The notes beneath the pieces are model-generated. The model had not been told where the DNA came from. It made no database searches and worked only from the letters and a program-made list of their open reading frames with translations. The translations under genes were made by a program, and so were the position numbers. Source: a virus. From it: a stretch of 64,000 nucleotides of DNA. The stretch lies in IMG/VR virus record IMGVR_UViG_3300002835_000026, one strand, 5' to 3'. The first letter of the stretch is position 1; the number at the start of each line of letters is the position of its first letter. Of this stretch, positions 26,912 to 38,000 are shown one piece after another.

Positions 26912-29227
26912 TTATGTTACTTTATATGTACCCATACCAAATGCAGTGCCTCCTCTAGTAGTGTCAAATAATGCGACTCCTTCTTTATTTAATATAGCAT
27001 TTAATGTAGCATTCATTTTTTCCATATGGTTTAACATAGGAATATCAGTTGATGATGAAGATGAACTTCCTCCTAAATTAGTACCTGCTATAACAGTATC
27101 ATTGCGATCTAAACTATATGTACCTTTTCTACCTGATACCATTAAACCACCGTCTGGAGATATTTGACCATCATCTATTTTAACAGATGATTTAGCTGAA
27201 TTCATAGCCATTACACCAGCTGCTATACCTCCAGCAATTGCTAATGCTCCTACACCTACAGTCATAGCACTACTTAAGCTTATTGCAGCTAACGCGTTGC
27301 CTATCATTGGTCCAAGTAAAGCTAATGCTGATCCAGTTGCTCTAAGTAATCCAGGTACTAAAGATAAAGTCACTGCTGTTCCTGCTATTGTTAATGCAGT
27401 TGCTATACCTGATACTAAAGGACCCATTTCTGCGAATACATCTGAAAATTTTTTAGCAGGATCAAAAAGAGCATGCATAATTTCTTTTACACCTTGAAGC
27501 GTTTTAGCTATTGGAATTAAAATATTACTTAATAAATCAGCAAGAGGTGATACTATTAATAATATAGGTTCAGCTAATGCTACAAATAATTCTTTTAATT
27601 TTTCTATTGTTTGACTAAAACGATCGGCAGCTGATTGTTGAGCAAATTGGTTTGCTAATTGTTCACTACCTAACTGTGCTTTAGCTTCTTCTAAACTTGT
27701 TTGTTTAACTAAATTATTAAATTTTTCTTGAGCTGTTTTACCATCAACTTCTGATAGTTTAGCTAGTGCTTCTCTATCCATTAAAGATTGAGCTAATTCA
27801 TCTTTAGTTAACCCAGCTGCATCAGCGATCGCTTGCTGTTGAATTCTATTCATATTAGCGAAATCAGCAGATGTACCTACTTGTTTTGCTATTTCTTCAG
27901 CTGCTCCTGCTATATCATTATTTAAAGCTAAAAATCTTGCTCTTTCAAAGTTAAGATTTTTACCTGTTAATAATTCAGCTTCTAACTCACTAGATATTGA
28001 ACTTTCAAAATTTAATAACCCTGAAGCTATTTTATCAGCTTGTTCTAAATTTAAACCATATTGCTTAGCTTTTACTACAGCTTCAGCTAATGCCGCTGTT
28101 CCTCCTTTTAATGATACTTTAATAGAAGCTGATGTTTTAGATACTTCTCTTAAAACATCCTTTTCATTAATCACTAATTTATTTTGAGCCGCGTAAGCTT
28201 CTGCTGCTCCTAATAGTTCAGATGTATTATCTTCTAATGTTTTACCATTAACTAAAGATATTTTTTGAATACCTATTAACTCATCATTAGTATAACCTGC
28301 TTGTTCTCTTAATTTAGTAAAGGTAATTAAATCTTCTTCATTTAACATTGCGTTAGTACCTAAAGATTTACCTACAGCTATTAAGCTTTCTTGTAATCTA
28401 TTAGTATTAACAGCTGATTCTCCTGATAGAGCAGCTACACTAGTTAATTCATCTCGTATATGTAATGCTTCGTAATAACTAACATTAAATGATTTAGCTA
28501 AAATTCCTGACTCTTTGTCTACTTCTTTAAGAGCATGAAGTAATTGTTCAATACCTATAGCTAATAAAGCAGCAGGATCAAGAGATTTAGCTAAATTTTT
28601 TCCTAGTTCTTTTGCTAAATGTTTAGAAGCTTCAAGATTAGTTACATTACCTTTACTTGCTCCTACCATTGCTTTAGTAGAAGCTAAAGCTTTATCTATA
28701 CCTAAATGAGTACTTAAAGCACCTAAACCTGCTTTTTGCAATCCTTTACTAAGACCTTCAGCGGCAGCTCCTAAGCTACCCATTGATTTTTGTATTTTAT
28801 CTGCTATTACAGCTTGTTCTTCAAGTTCTTTATATACTTCAGCTTCAACTAATTTAGCTGCGTTTAAGTCTTTTAATAATGCTTCTTTATTTATTGAAGT
28901 ACTACGAGAAGCTATTTCAATTTGTCTTTCAATAGATAAAATTTTAAGTTGTCTAGCTTCAATTTGTTTAGTGATATCAGCTCTAGTTAAATCTCCTTTA
29001 TTTAATTTAGCTTGGTTTTTTTCAATTATATCAGTAGTTCGAGCTAATGCATTTACACCACCTTTTATATCATTAAATAATGTTTTACTGTATGAACTAG
29101 TTCTATCAATAGCATTTTTAAAAATCTCACCCATTTGATCAGCAATAGATCGTAACGCGTCTTCAACTATAATTGAAGTTTCGTTAAGTGTACTTTTTAT
29201 TTCTGCCTCTGCTTTATTCTTAGCCAT
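26912..29227 (-). CDS. Tape measure protein
   Basis: 771-aa Ala/Leu-rich helical protein with hydrophobic C-terminal segments; follows the tube and chaperone genes. Confidence 0.8.
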   Translation of the reverse strand: MAKNKAEAEIKSTLNETSIIVEDALRSIADQMGEIFKNAIDRTSSYSKTLFNDIKGGVNALARTTDIIEKNQAKLNKGDLTRADITKQIEARQLKILSIERQIEIASRSTSINKEALLKDLNAAKLVEAEVYKELEEQAVIADKIQKSMGSLGAAAEGLSKGLQKAGLGALSTHLGIDKALASTKAMVGASKGNVTNLEASKHLAKELGKNLAKSLDPAALLAIGIEQLLHALKEVDKESGILAKSFNVSYYEALHIRDELTSVAALSGESAVNTNRLQESLIAVGKSLGTNAMLNEEDLITFTKLREQAGYTNDELIGIQKISLVNGKTLEDNTSELLGAAEAYAAQNKLVINEKDVLREVSKTSASIKVSLKGGTAALAEAVVKAKQYGLNLEQADKIASGLLNFESSISSELEAELLTGKNLNFERARFLALNNDIAGAAEEIAKQVGTSADFANMNRIQQQAIADAAGLTKDELAQSLMDREALAKLSEVDGKTAQEKFNNLVKQTSLEEAKAQLGSEQLANQFAQQSAADRFSQTIEKLKELFVALAEPILLIVSPLADLLSNILIPIAKTLQGVKEIMHALFDPAKKFSDVFAEMGPLVSGIATALTIAGTAVTLSLVPGLLRATGSALALLGPMIGNALAAISLSSAMTVGVGALAIAGGIAAGVMAMNSAKSSVKIDDGQISPDGGLMVSGRKGTYSLDRNDTVIAGTNLGGSSSSSSTDIPMLNHMEKMNATLNAILNKEGVALFDTTRGGTAFGMGTYKVT

Positions 29228-29258
29228 TTAGATATTTTGTTATAAATATTAAAGGCAC

Positions 29259-29547
29259 CTATTTTCTAGATGCCTTTGTACTATAAGTTGGTTGATTTGA
29301 TGCTTGTAATTTTTGTTTAGCTGATTTAGGGTCAGCAAAATCAATATTATTTTTATTTTTTGATGTATTATTATAAGCGTCTGATTCTTTTTGTCTTTGA
29401 TCTGCTATAAAGTTAAATGTTAATTTTCTTAACCAAATAGGCATATCATATACTGTGTGATAATCATATCCACCGTTACCATAATAACATATATCATGGA
29501 TAACTTTAAATAATTGAAATCTGTATTCGTTACTCAGGCCAAAAAAA
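29259..29547 (-). CDS. Tail assembly chaperone frameshift extension (gpT/gp51-like)
   Basis: Frame is open through the T7 run and continues FFGLSNEYRFQLF...VYDMPIWLRKL. The annotated ATG at 29588 lies inside the upstream gene. Confidence 0.7.
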
Positions 29548-30270
29548 CGTAATAGTGATAGGAATGTTGATGACCTCCGATTCACCATCTGAATTAATGT
29601 AATTTGCTGTTAATTCAATATCGGGTTGTGTTTTTTTAAGATGTTCTCTAAAATCTTTAGAATCTCTAGCTAATAAATAATTATCAACAAATTCTCTAAT
29701 TGTTTTTTTATCTGTATTTCCACCAACTGATAAAATCATATATTTTAATCTAGTTGATAATTCAGCAGATGAATTTTTATCAATTTTTTTCAATCCATCT
29801 AATTCAGCTTGAACTTCTTTTTCATCTTTACCTGTTAATAACTTATATGTTATTTCAGTTTTTGAATGAGGAAATGTATAACTAAAATTATTTGTACCTG
29901 GAGTGTGTGTTAATTCATCTAAATAACGAGTTGGGCATTCAGTTAAGTCTACTGTTACTGTTTCTTCACCCATTTTAAAACTATAATCTTTACCGTATCC
30001 TAAAATACGAGAAGCAATCATAATAGCATTTTTATCACCTACAATTAACTCATCATAATTAATCTTAGATACAATTAATGATTGTAATAATTTGTCTAAA
30101 ACTACACCTTGTTTGATATAATTCTGGTTAGTTAATATATCCTCTTCTTTCGCCGTCATATATTTCATTTCGACTTTACCGCTTGATAACGGATTATCTG
30201 CGGGGTATATTAAACCTTTTGATGGTAAATCCACCATCTCTGTTGGGAATTTGAACTTGTTGTCTTCCAT
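29530..30270 (-). CDS. Tail assembly chaperone / gp26-like baseplate hub assembly protein
   Basis: VDLPSKG..Y...MTAKEEDILT...GDKNAIMIASRILGYG; ends ITFFWPE; lies between tube and tape measure. Confidence 0.8.
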   Translation of the reverse strand: MEDNKFKFPTEMVDLPSKGLIYPADNPLSSGKVEMKYMTAKEEDILTNQNYIKQGVVLDKLLQSLIVSKINYDELIVGDKNAIMIASRILGYGKDYSFKMGEETVTVDLTECPTRYLDELTHTPGTNNFSYTFPHSKTEITYKLLTGKDEKEVQAELDGLKKIDKNSSAELSTRLKYMILSVGGNTDKKTIREFVDNYLLARDSKDFREHLKKTQPDIELTANYINSDGESEVINIPITITFFWPE

Positions 30271-30316
30271 AAATTTGATTTGTTTATAACTATGTTTATA
30301 TATATAAATATATGAG

Positions 30317-30344
30317 AAAAAAAGAAGCTCGCTAAAAGGCGAGC
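30317..30344 (-). terminator. Intrinsic terminator after the tail tube gene
   Basis: Minus strand GCTCGC-CTTTTA-GCGAGC followed by TTCTTTTTTT. Confidence 0.8.
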
Positions 30345-30376
30345 CATCTTAATCCTGTATTTCGGGAGGGGGAGGT

Positions 30377-30865
30377 TTAGAAATTTAAAATACAATAATC
30401 TGGTTGTATAGTTAATGCAATATTTTGTGCTGTTGAATCTGTATCCCAGTTGTAATCACCAAAGTTAGCTGATGTAATTAAAGCACCTTTGATAATCCAT
30501 TCTGAAACAATATCACCTACTGGTCCTAATACGTCTAATGTTAAGTCTTTCTTATAAAAATCACTATAACCATCTCTACCAGTTACTGATTCGTGATGTA
30601 AACGTACCCATTCCATTACCGCCTGAGCTCCTGAAGGAGTGATTGGGTCAAATAATGTCATTTGAATTTCACCCCATTTGCTTTTACCTTTTACAAAACG
30701 TTGAACGTTAATGTGATTTAAAGCTACTGCGTCTTGGGTTAAATTTACACCTGCAACTCCTTTAATAATATACGCTGGAATACCATCCATGTATAAAATG
30801 AAACGGTTCTGTTGTTTCGGTTCGAACGCTGTGAAAAATATTTCGTTTGGATCTAATACTGCCAT
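30377..30865 (-). CDS. Tail tube protein (gp19-like)
   Basis: FEPKQQNRF...KGKSKW..I.MTLFD...VMEW...LGPVGDIVSEW.IKGA; follows the sheath gene. Confidence 0.88.
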   Translation of the reverse strand: MAVLDPNEIFFTAFEPKQQNRFILYMDGIPAYIIKGVAGVNLTQDAVALNHINVQRFVKGKSKWGEIQMTLFDPITPSGAQAVMEWVRLHHESVTGRDGYSDFYKKDLTLDVLGPVGDIVSEWIIKGALITSANFGDYNWDTDSTAQNIALTIQPDYCILNF

Positions 30866-30917
30866 GTTTATTTTTTTGTTATTTATTCTTTATTATAAAT
30901 ATTATTTAATTTAATCC

Positions 30918-32918
30918 TTACGCTGGGAATGTTGCTCCTGTAGGTAAGATGTTGAAATCTAAGTAAATAAATTCAGCTGTTCTTGTAGGTTGGATATAAA
31001 TTTGTCCGATCAACTCATTTCTATCAATTACGTCTGCTGTATTATTTGTTTCATTCATAATTACTCTAAACGCGTATAAACCTTGTTTTTGTTGAACTGA
31101 TTCTAAGTATGGATTTACTTGTGATAAGAATACATTTCTTGTTGCTGTTGAATTTTGTTCGAATACTAATGTATTAGCAATTTGTGAAATATAGTTCTTA
31201 AGAGCAATTAACAATCTTCTAACATTTACTCTATCTAAAGCTGATGCTTGAGTTTGTAATGTTTTCTGACCATATACTACTGTACCTGTTCCAGGGAATG
31301 TAGCAATAGGATTTACTTTGTTTGTATATAAAGTATCTCTACTTGTTTGTGGTAATTTTTGTTCTGCTCTAATTACTTGTAATCCACCTCTGTTAATACC
31401 TGCTGGTGCAAACCAAGGCTCAGCTACTGTATCATTAAATGCAAACACACCTGCCATTACTGTTGATGCTGGAACCCAAACGTTCTTTCCTGTAGCAGGA
31501 TCAATCATTTGAACCCAAGGCCAGTATGAAGCAGCGTATGAAGTATTTCTTGAATTAGCTTGTGTTGTTACAGCAGATAATGTTTGAGTCCCATAAGGCA
31601 CTAAATCTAATATAAATAAACTATCTCCTCTTGTTTGAGTATTATTAATCATTGATGTACATTGTGATGTATATCCTGAGTTGTATAATCCTGGAGCAAA
31701 TAAGATATTAAATTTGTATTCATCTTGGTTTGATAATAAGTCAATCATGTCATCATAATCTGCACCTACTAAACCTTGTGTATTTGTACCATTAATAGTC
31801 TCGTAAAAATTAGCTCCTGCTGCTACTGTACCTACACCACCTGTAAATGAACCACTTGAGTTAACTGGAATTGATGATGTATATTGTGGTTTAGCTACTC
31901 CTGTATTATCAAAATAATACGGAGTTGGAGTATTTACTGCTGAAACTCTTACATAACGTGAAGCGTTAAAGTAAGAACCAGATACTTCAATTTGGTTTGT
32001 TGTTGAGTTATAATTTTGATCTTGATCTCCAAGTACTTTAGCTACATAGTTAACAGCAAACGGATCTAATGATAATCCAGTCCAAGTTTCTAATACAATT
32101 GGATTATTTGTATTATCATTACCTTGACGAATTAATAAACTAAATGTTCCCGATGCTGTATCTGCGTTTGAGATTTGATATCTAATGTTATCTGCTGAAC
32201 CTGAAGCTAATGAACCACTTACATCTATTGATGAAGAACTGTTCATAATAATACCTTCAGATAATGTTTTTAAAACAAATGCTGGAGTAGTTGAATTTAC
32301 AATATCAGTAGCAGCTAATGTAGCAACTACGTTACCAACTGTTCCGATTGAACCTGATAAGAATGTAAATGTATCACCAATATTATATCCTGTACCTGCT
32401 GTTGTAGCTGTAATACTAGTTACTAATGAACCACTAGTTTTAACAATACTAAATACTGCTCCTGCTCCTGTTGTACCTGAGTAAATGTAACTACCTGTAG
32501 CTAAACTACCTGTTGTACCTGAAACTGATGCTGTTGAGTTAGTAGAAATGTTACTTAAAGCAGAACCTGTTTCTAATACTCCACTTTCTACATTATTTAA
32601 AATTGCTGTACTAGTTGCTGGTGTCCAAGTGTTACTTGCACTTACTACTCTAGCTACTAATAATGATGTACCACCATTGTTAAAGTAGTTATAAGCAGCA
32701 ATTGAAGTAAAGAATGATACATTATCACTACCACTTTGGAATCCTGCACCAAATTTATTTACGTAATCGCTGTATGAGGTAACAACAGTTGGAATTTCAA
32801 CGGGACCTAAAACTGTAGGACCGATAATTGCTGCACCTACGTTAACTGGTTGTTGTCTGATAAACGATGAATCGTTTTCTCTTGCTAATACACCAGGGGA
32901 AATTAATGTTTCTGCCAT
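30918..32918 (-). CDS. Contractile tail sheath protein (gp18-like)
   Basis: ISPGVLARE; YAASYWPWV, PWFAPAGINRG, YGQKTLQ, DRVNVRRL and QPTRTAEFIYLDF motifs. Confidence 0.95.
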   Translation of the reverse strand: MAETLISPGVLARENDSSFIRQQPVNVGAAIIGPTVLGPVEIPTVVTSYSDYVNKFGAGFQSGSDNVSFFTSIAAYNYFNNGGTSLLVARVVSASNTWTPATSTAILNNVESGVLETGSALSNISTNSTASVSGTTGSLATGSYIYSGTTGAGAVFSIVKTSGSLVTSITATTAGTGYNIGDTFTFLSGSIGTVGNVVATLAATDIVNSTTPAFVLKTLSEGIIMNSSSSIDVSGSLASGSADNIRYQISNADTASGTFSLLIRQGNDNTNNPIVLETWTGLSLDPFAVNYVAKVLGDQDQNYNSTTNQIEVSGSYFNASRYVRVSAVNTPTPYYFDNTGVAKPQYTSSIPVNSSGSFTGGVGTVAAGANFYETINGTNTQGLVGADYDDMIDLLSNQDEYKFNILFAPGLYNSGYTSQCTSMINNTQTRGDSLFILDLVPYGTQTLSAVTTQANSRNTSYAASYWPWVQMIDPATGKNVWVPASTVMAGVFAFNDTVAEPWFAPAGINRGGLQVIRAEQKLPQTSRDTLYTNKVNPIATFPGTGTVVYGQKTLQTQASALDRVNVRRLLIALKNYISQIANTLVFEQNSTATRNVFLSQVNPYLESVQQKQGLYAFRVIMNETNNTADVIDRNELIGQIYIQPTRTAEFIYLDFNILPTGATFPA

Positions 32919-32972
32919 GTTATTTGTTAATAAGTTTAATGTTTATTATAAATATATTAAGGAATCTTAAAA

Positions 32973-33224
32973 TCATTCGTTTCCGATGAATTCTCCACTA
33001 TCTATATTAATAGTTCCTACACCGTATTTTGATTGAAGTTCTTGACTTAATTTTAATTCTGTTATTTTAATTTCTTTAAGTTCTTCAGTTACTTCTTGCT
33101 TTTGTAATTTTAAATCTTGGATTGACATTTCAATTAATCCGTATTTATCAATTAATTCAGCTCTTAATTTTTGAATTTCTTTTACTGATAAAACTTCAGA
33201 TTCTGTTAATTTTTCTATTTTCAT
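32973..33224 (-). CDS. Small coiled-coil protein
   Basis: Heptad pattern ending KYGVGTINIDSGEF. Confidence 0.7.
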   Translation of the reverse strand: MKIEKLTESEVLSVKEIQKLRAELIDKYGLIEMSIQDLKLQKQEVTEELKEIKITELKLSQELQSKYGVGTINIDSGEFIGNE

Positions 33225-33243
33225 GACTTTTATATTATTTTAA

Positions 33244-34170
33244 TTATGATGGGTTAGCGTTACTTAATGTTGTACTTATTGAGTATATTATACCTTGTAC
33301 TTCTGTATTAAACCAAATAGTGGCGGTGCCCGGGGTGTTTGGATTAGTTAATCGTATAGCAAATTTACCACTTGAATCTGTTACAGCATGATTAATTGAA
33401 CCTGAGTTTGCTATAGGTACAATATTACTACCTGAAACTACTAAATAAGTAACAGTTCCTGATGCTTGTTGGGCGGATCCAGTTTCTACAGTACTAGTCC
33501 ACCAATGTATTAATTGTTGTGGTTGTGTTAATGGTGAACTATCTGGGTTTGAAAATGTAGCTGTAATTGCTCTTTGAGCTGTTGTTGAACCACTTACTGC
33601 TAAACTACAACTTACAAGTGCTGATAAACCTGATATACCTGAAAGACCTGAAAGACCTGATAAACCTGAGCGACCTGAGGTACCGGATAAACCTGATATT
33701 CCTGATAAGCCTGAAATACCTGAACGACCGGAGATGCCTGATCCCGCTACTAATGCCCATGAACTTGGTGATTCAGATGGAGAAGCATCTGAATTATTGT
33801 TTAATGCTATATAAGAATTACCGCCTGATGAAACTATATCATTAATTTGATAATTTGTAACACTACTCCAAGCACCTTCCCAAATTAATCCTATACCTGA
33901 TAAGCCTGAGCGACCTGAAATACCACTTATACCAGATACAGTTGGAGTAGCAGCAAATGATGCTGTTAAAGCATATGAAGCTGAAACTGCGTTAGAAGAA
34001 GTAGCATTCAATGTACCATTCATATTTAATGAACCTGTGACAGTTAATGAACCACTTATTGTTATATCATAAGCTACTGTACCTGTTAAGGCATCAATAG
34101 ATTGAGTTATTTGAGCTGCTTGTACAGTTGCGCCAGTTGCTATACTCGCACTAGATAAAGTTAATGCCAT
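33244..34170 (-). CDS. Short fibre/structural protein with Gly-X-Ser repeats and one aromatic CBM5/12-like module
   Basis: [14 protein letters not shown] tracts flank GLIWEGAWSSVTNYQINDIVSSGGNSYIAL...W, the same module found in the giant fibre. Confidence 0.75.
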   Translation of the reverse strand: MALTLSSASIATGATVQAAQITQSIDALTGTVAYDITISGSLTVTGSLNMNGTLNATSSNAVSASYALTASFAATPTVSGISGISGRSGLSGIGLIWEGAWSSVTNYQINDIVSSGGNSYIALNNNSDASPSESPSSWALVAGSGISGRSGISGLSGISGLSGTSGRSGLSGLSGLSGISGLSALVSCSLAVSGSTTAQRAITATFSNPDSSPLTQPQQLIHWWTSTVETGSAQQASGTVTYLVVSGSNIVPIANSGSINHAVTDSSGKFAIRLTNPNTPGTATIWFNTEVQGIIYSISTTLSNANPS

Positions 34171-34205
34171 TTAATAGTTTTATTATAAATATGGAAAGAT
34201 AAGAG

Positions 34206-34229
34206 AAAAACCGCTACTGCTAGCGGTTT
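34206..34229 (-). terminator. Intrinsic terminator
   Basis: Minus strand AAACCGCTA-GCAG-TAGCGGTTT followed by TTCTCTT. Confidence 0.75.
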
Positions 34230-34259
34230 ATAAATATCATATTATAAGTAAATAATATA

Positions 34260-34694
34260 TTAATCTATTTGAATTAATTTGTAAAATATAATATAATTAT
34301 CTGATGTTTTAACATCATTAAATTCTTTTAATTTAAATTCATGATATTCAATTTCTTTTACTTCTTGTAATAAACCATTAAATTCTTCTTGAAATTGTAT
34401 ATATAATGGATTAAAATTTGTTTTAGTCTCATCAGTCCATACAGGAATTTCAAAATTATCATTTTTATCTTTAGTACCATACTTTACAATTAAATCTTCT
34501 TTTAATTGATTAATAATAGATTTTTCAGATGATGTTTTTTTAGCTAAATTAGTTAACCAATATTTAGTAGGTAAACTTAAATTTTCACTTAATAATCCTA
34601 ATGATAAAATTTCACCTGTTTCTTGATTTACAAAACCGTTAAGTTCTGAATCAAGTTTATAGATTTCTTGTAATGATAACTGAATATGAGCCAT
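34260..34694 (-). CDS. Hypothetical helical protein (possible fibre chaperone)
   Basis: 144 aa; LPTKYWL...LIVKYG...FQEEFNGLL. Confidence 0.6.
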   Translation of the reverse strand: MAHIQLSLQEIYKLDSELNGFVNQETGEILSLGLLSENLSLPTKYWLTNLAKKTSSEKSIINQLKEDLIVKYGTKDKNDNFEIPVWTDETKTNFNPLYIQFQEEFNGLLQEVKEIEYHEFKLKEFNDVKTSDNYIIFYKLIQID

Positions 34695-34960
34695 TATTGA
34701 TTAGCTTTAACTTGTTTTGGTTTTTTAGTTGATTTTGTTTTATTACTATAGTAATATTTTTTCTTTTTAGCTGGTTTTTCAGCTTCATTAAATGGTTTTT
34801 CTACTGCTACTGGAGCATCTTCAAAGTGAGGATAGTCTTCAACAGGAAATAAAGAATTTGGTTTTTCGTTTGTAGGTGTATTTTCTTTTCCTACAAATGC
34901 AGATACAATAATAATTGCTACTAATAATATAGTTACAATAAAAATTAAAAGTGATGACAT
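34694..34960 (-). CDS. Small membrane-anchored protein with basic tail
   Basis: N-terminal TM segment LLIFIVTILLVAIIIVSAFV; Lys-rich C-terminus. Confidence 0.7.
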   Translation of the reverse strand: MSSLLIFIVTILLVAIIIVSAFVGKENTPTNEKPNSLFPVEDYPHFEDAPVAVEKPFNEAEKPAKKKKYYYSNKTKSTKKPKQVKANQ

Positions 34961-34998
34961 AATTTTTTAATGGATTTTATGGGTTAAGTTTATATATA

Positions 34999-35029
34999 TA
35001 AATATACAAAGATATTTTAAAGATCCAAA
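34999..35029 (-). promoter_or_regulatory. Bacteroidota-type promoter
   Basis: TTTG-19 nt-TATATTTA. Confidence 0.65.
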
Positions 35030-38000
35030 TTAAAATTTATTTTTTCTTAATTCTATCAACTCTTCTAATTTATATTCATTTTCTTCTACTGGCCAATCAT
35101 ATAGTGTACTATCTATACCTTTATGTAACACACCACCAGGTACACATAATATAAAATTTTGTTTTCCTTGAGCACCTGGTGATTTAGGATTCCAATATGT
35201 TAATTCCCAATCTAAACCTGCGTTCCAAGATGAATTAACTTGTGGATTATTATGTTGACTATCTAAATGAATAGGCATCATATCTTTAATATCTTTAGCT
35301 CGCATAACCATATGTCCTGCTCTACATGATCCTTTTACACATAAATTTCCAAATTGAGTTTCAAGCCATCCTAATTCACCATGTTCTTTACTCATATAAC
35401 CTGTAGCTACATATCTATCAGGATAAGTATTTAATATATCACAATATGTACTTATTGGTTCATTAAATAAATTGTCTTGATCTGTAAACTGAATAAAATC
35501 ATAATCATCAATATTCATGTTATCAAACATTTGAAGCATAGCTCCTCGTTGACCCATATTAAATTCTGAACTATACACTGTAAAATTATTATTTATATTT
35601 TCATTAATAACTTTTAATATTTCTTCTTTATTCTCTGGATTTGAGTTATCAACAATATAAATGTCATTTATAATACCTGGTTCTTGGATATCTTTTAATG
35701 AATTAATAATATTTTTAATATGGTGAGATCTATTAAATGATGTTAATAAAGTAAGTACTTTAGTTGGTTTAAGTAATTTAGGTAAAATATTAATTTCAAA
35801 ATCATTAGCTATTTTTTCCCAAGAATAATTTTCTCTAACATAGTCTGAATTTTCTTTTAGTACTCCACTTTTAACAATTGAATCATAATTATCATAAATA
35901 TGTTTCATATGTTTTATTAAATCTTTAACATTTGGCTCACCCCATTCTCCTTTAAACCATGGATGATTTTTAACTGATACTGATTTAGTAGAAACATTAT
36001 AGTATCTATCTTTAATTAATTCAGTTGAACCTGGTTCTGATGTAGCTATAGTTGGTAAACCACAAGCTATAGCTTCTAATATAGTCATTCCAAATGAATC
36101 ACCCCTAGATGGATAAACATAAGCATGACAACTTCTATATAAGTCCATTACTTTATCATGTCCATCATTACTAATATGCCAAAATATATTTTTATGATCT
36201 TTTATAATATTTTTTACTTCTTGACTATTGTAAAATAACATAGAGTCATTTGACTTAATGTGTAATTCTACATTATTATTATTTTTAAATAAATCAATAA
36301 AAGCTTCTAAAGTATGAAATATACCTTTTCTGTCTGAACATTCTCCTACATATAAGAACTTAAATTTGTCTTCTTTAATTTTAGGAGTATAAGTGAATAC
36401 TTTAGGATCAATACCATGAGGTACTACAAATATAGGTTTAGTAACACCCATATTTTGTATTCTTGTTTTTGATATATTAGATGGTGTTAATAAAAAATCA
36501 GCTTTATTCCCATTAACTACAAAATTACCAGCTTCATCTGTTGTGTCAACACCAGTATAAACTACTTTAGTTTTAAATTCATCTAAATGACCTATTGAAT
36601 CCGGATAAGCAAACATAATACCTAAATCAGTATTTAATGGCTTTTTTAATAAATTATGAACTAATTGATTTTTTGTTTCTGTTACTCCAATAATAGGTTT
36701 ACAAGCTAAATTTATGTTATTATCTAATTGTTCTAATAAACGTTGAGATAAAATTCCCATTGATGCATAATCATCATATTTAGCTAACCAAGTTAATTTA
36801 GGTTTATTATTAGCAATAATATTAGCTGTTTTATTATTAGTTAATGATTTAATTAAAGTATCAATATTCATACTTGGTGTACATTCATATACATGAGCTA
36901 CTTTAATTATTTCTTCATCAAATCTAATTTTTTCAAATTCATCTCCTGAATGGTTAACTATAATAATTACTTCATCTAAGTTTAAGTGCTTTTGAATATC
37001 TTTATAAGGTAAATCTTTTAATACTTTTACTTGAGTAGAATCCATTAACTTTTTACATTTACTTAAATTATATTTTACTATACCTGATGTTTTGTCTGGT
37101 TCTAATAATTTAAATGACTCTCCTTGTTTATGGATTAAAGGAAATGTAACTCCTGGATTCCATTGGTTATTATCCATATAACAAATATATCCTAAATTAT
37201 AGCCATTATTTTGTACTCTGTAAGATATTTCAACATCATCTGAGTAGCCTAATCCAAATCCTTCATCTAATAAGCCTATTTTATTTATCACTGATTTTCT
37301 AATTACTGAGCAGCAACCTAAAATATAATCACCTACTTTAACAGGACCTATAAGACCATTACTTTTATCTTTAAGTAAAGGTAATAATAATTCTTCCCAA
37401 TTTGAATGTAAATTAGCATCACTATTTAAACACATTATGTTTTCATTTTTAGCTAATTTAAAAGCTTCATTTACTGCTTTTACAAAACCTAATGCTTCTT
37501 TTTTAATATATAATTCAATTATAGGATTAGTAGCAGCAAATGCTTCTAATTTTTTATTTCCTTCTTCTTCAGTTCCGTTAGAATAAAGAATTACTTGGTT
37601 AATTATAGTTGATGTACCTAAAGTAATATTAACATTATTAATAGTATCATCTACATTATTATAAATAGGTACTACTAAAGTTAAATCAGGTTTATCTTCT
37701 TTTTTTTTTGAATAATCAATATAACCTATACCAGCAAATCCTCCTTTATTATATGTAAATTCATAAAAGAAAGGTAATGATTTTTGATCTAAAAATTGAG
37801 TATAAATAAATTCTACAAATCCGTATTTTTCTTTTAATTCTTCCCAGAATGTAGAAACAAAACAATTTGCTTCTCTATGGAAGTAACTATTGATAATATC
37901 ATGAAATCCTACTAATGCCGTAGGTGCTAAGAATTTTTCATATAATTCAAAATCACCTTTAACTCCTTCATAAGTATGATCACCATCAATAAATAAGAAA

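Noticed and set aside
30210-30395. 61-aa ORF between the tube and chaperone genes
   Set aside because: It spans a terminator and a promoter motif and overlaps both neighbours.
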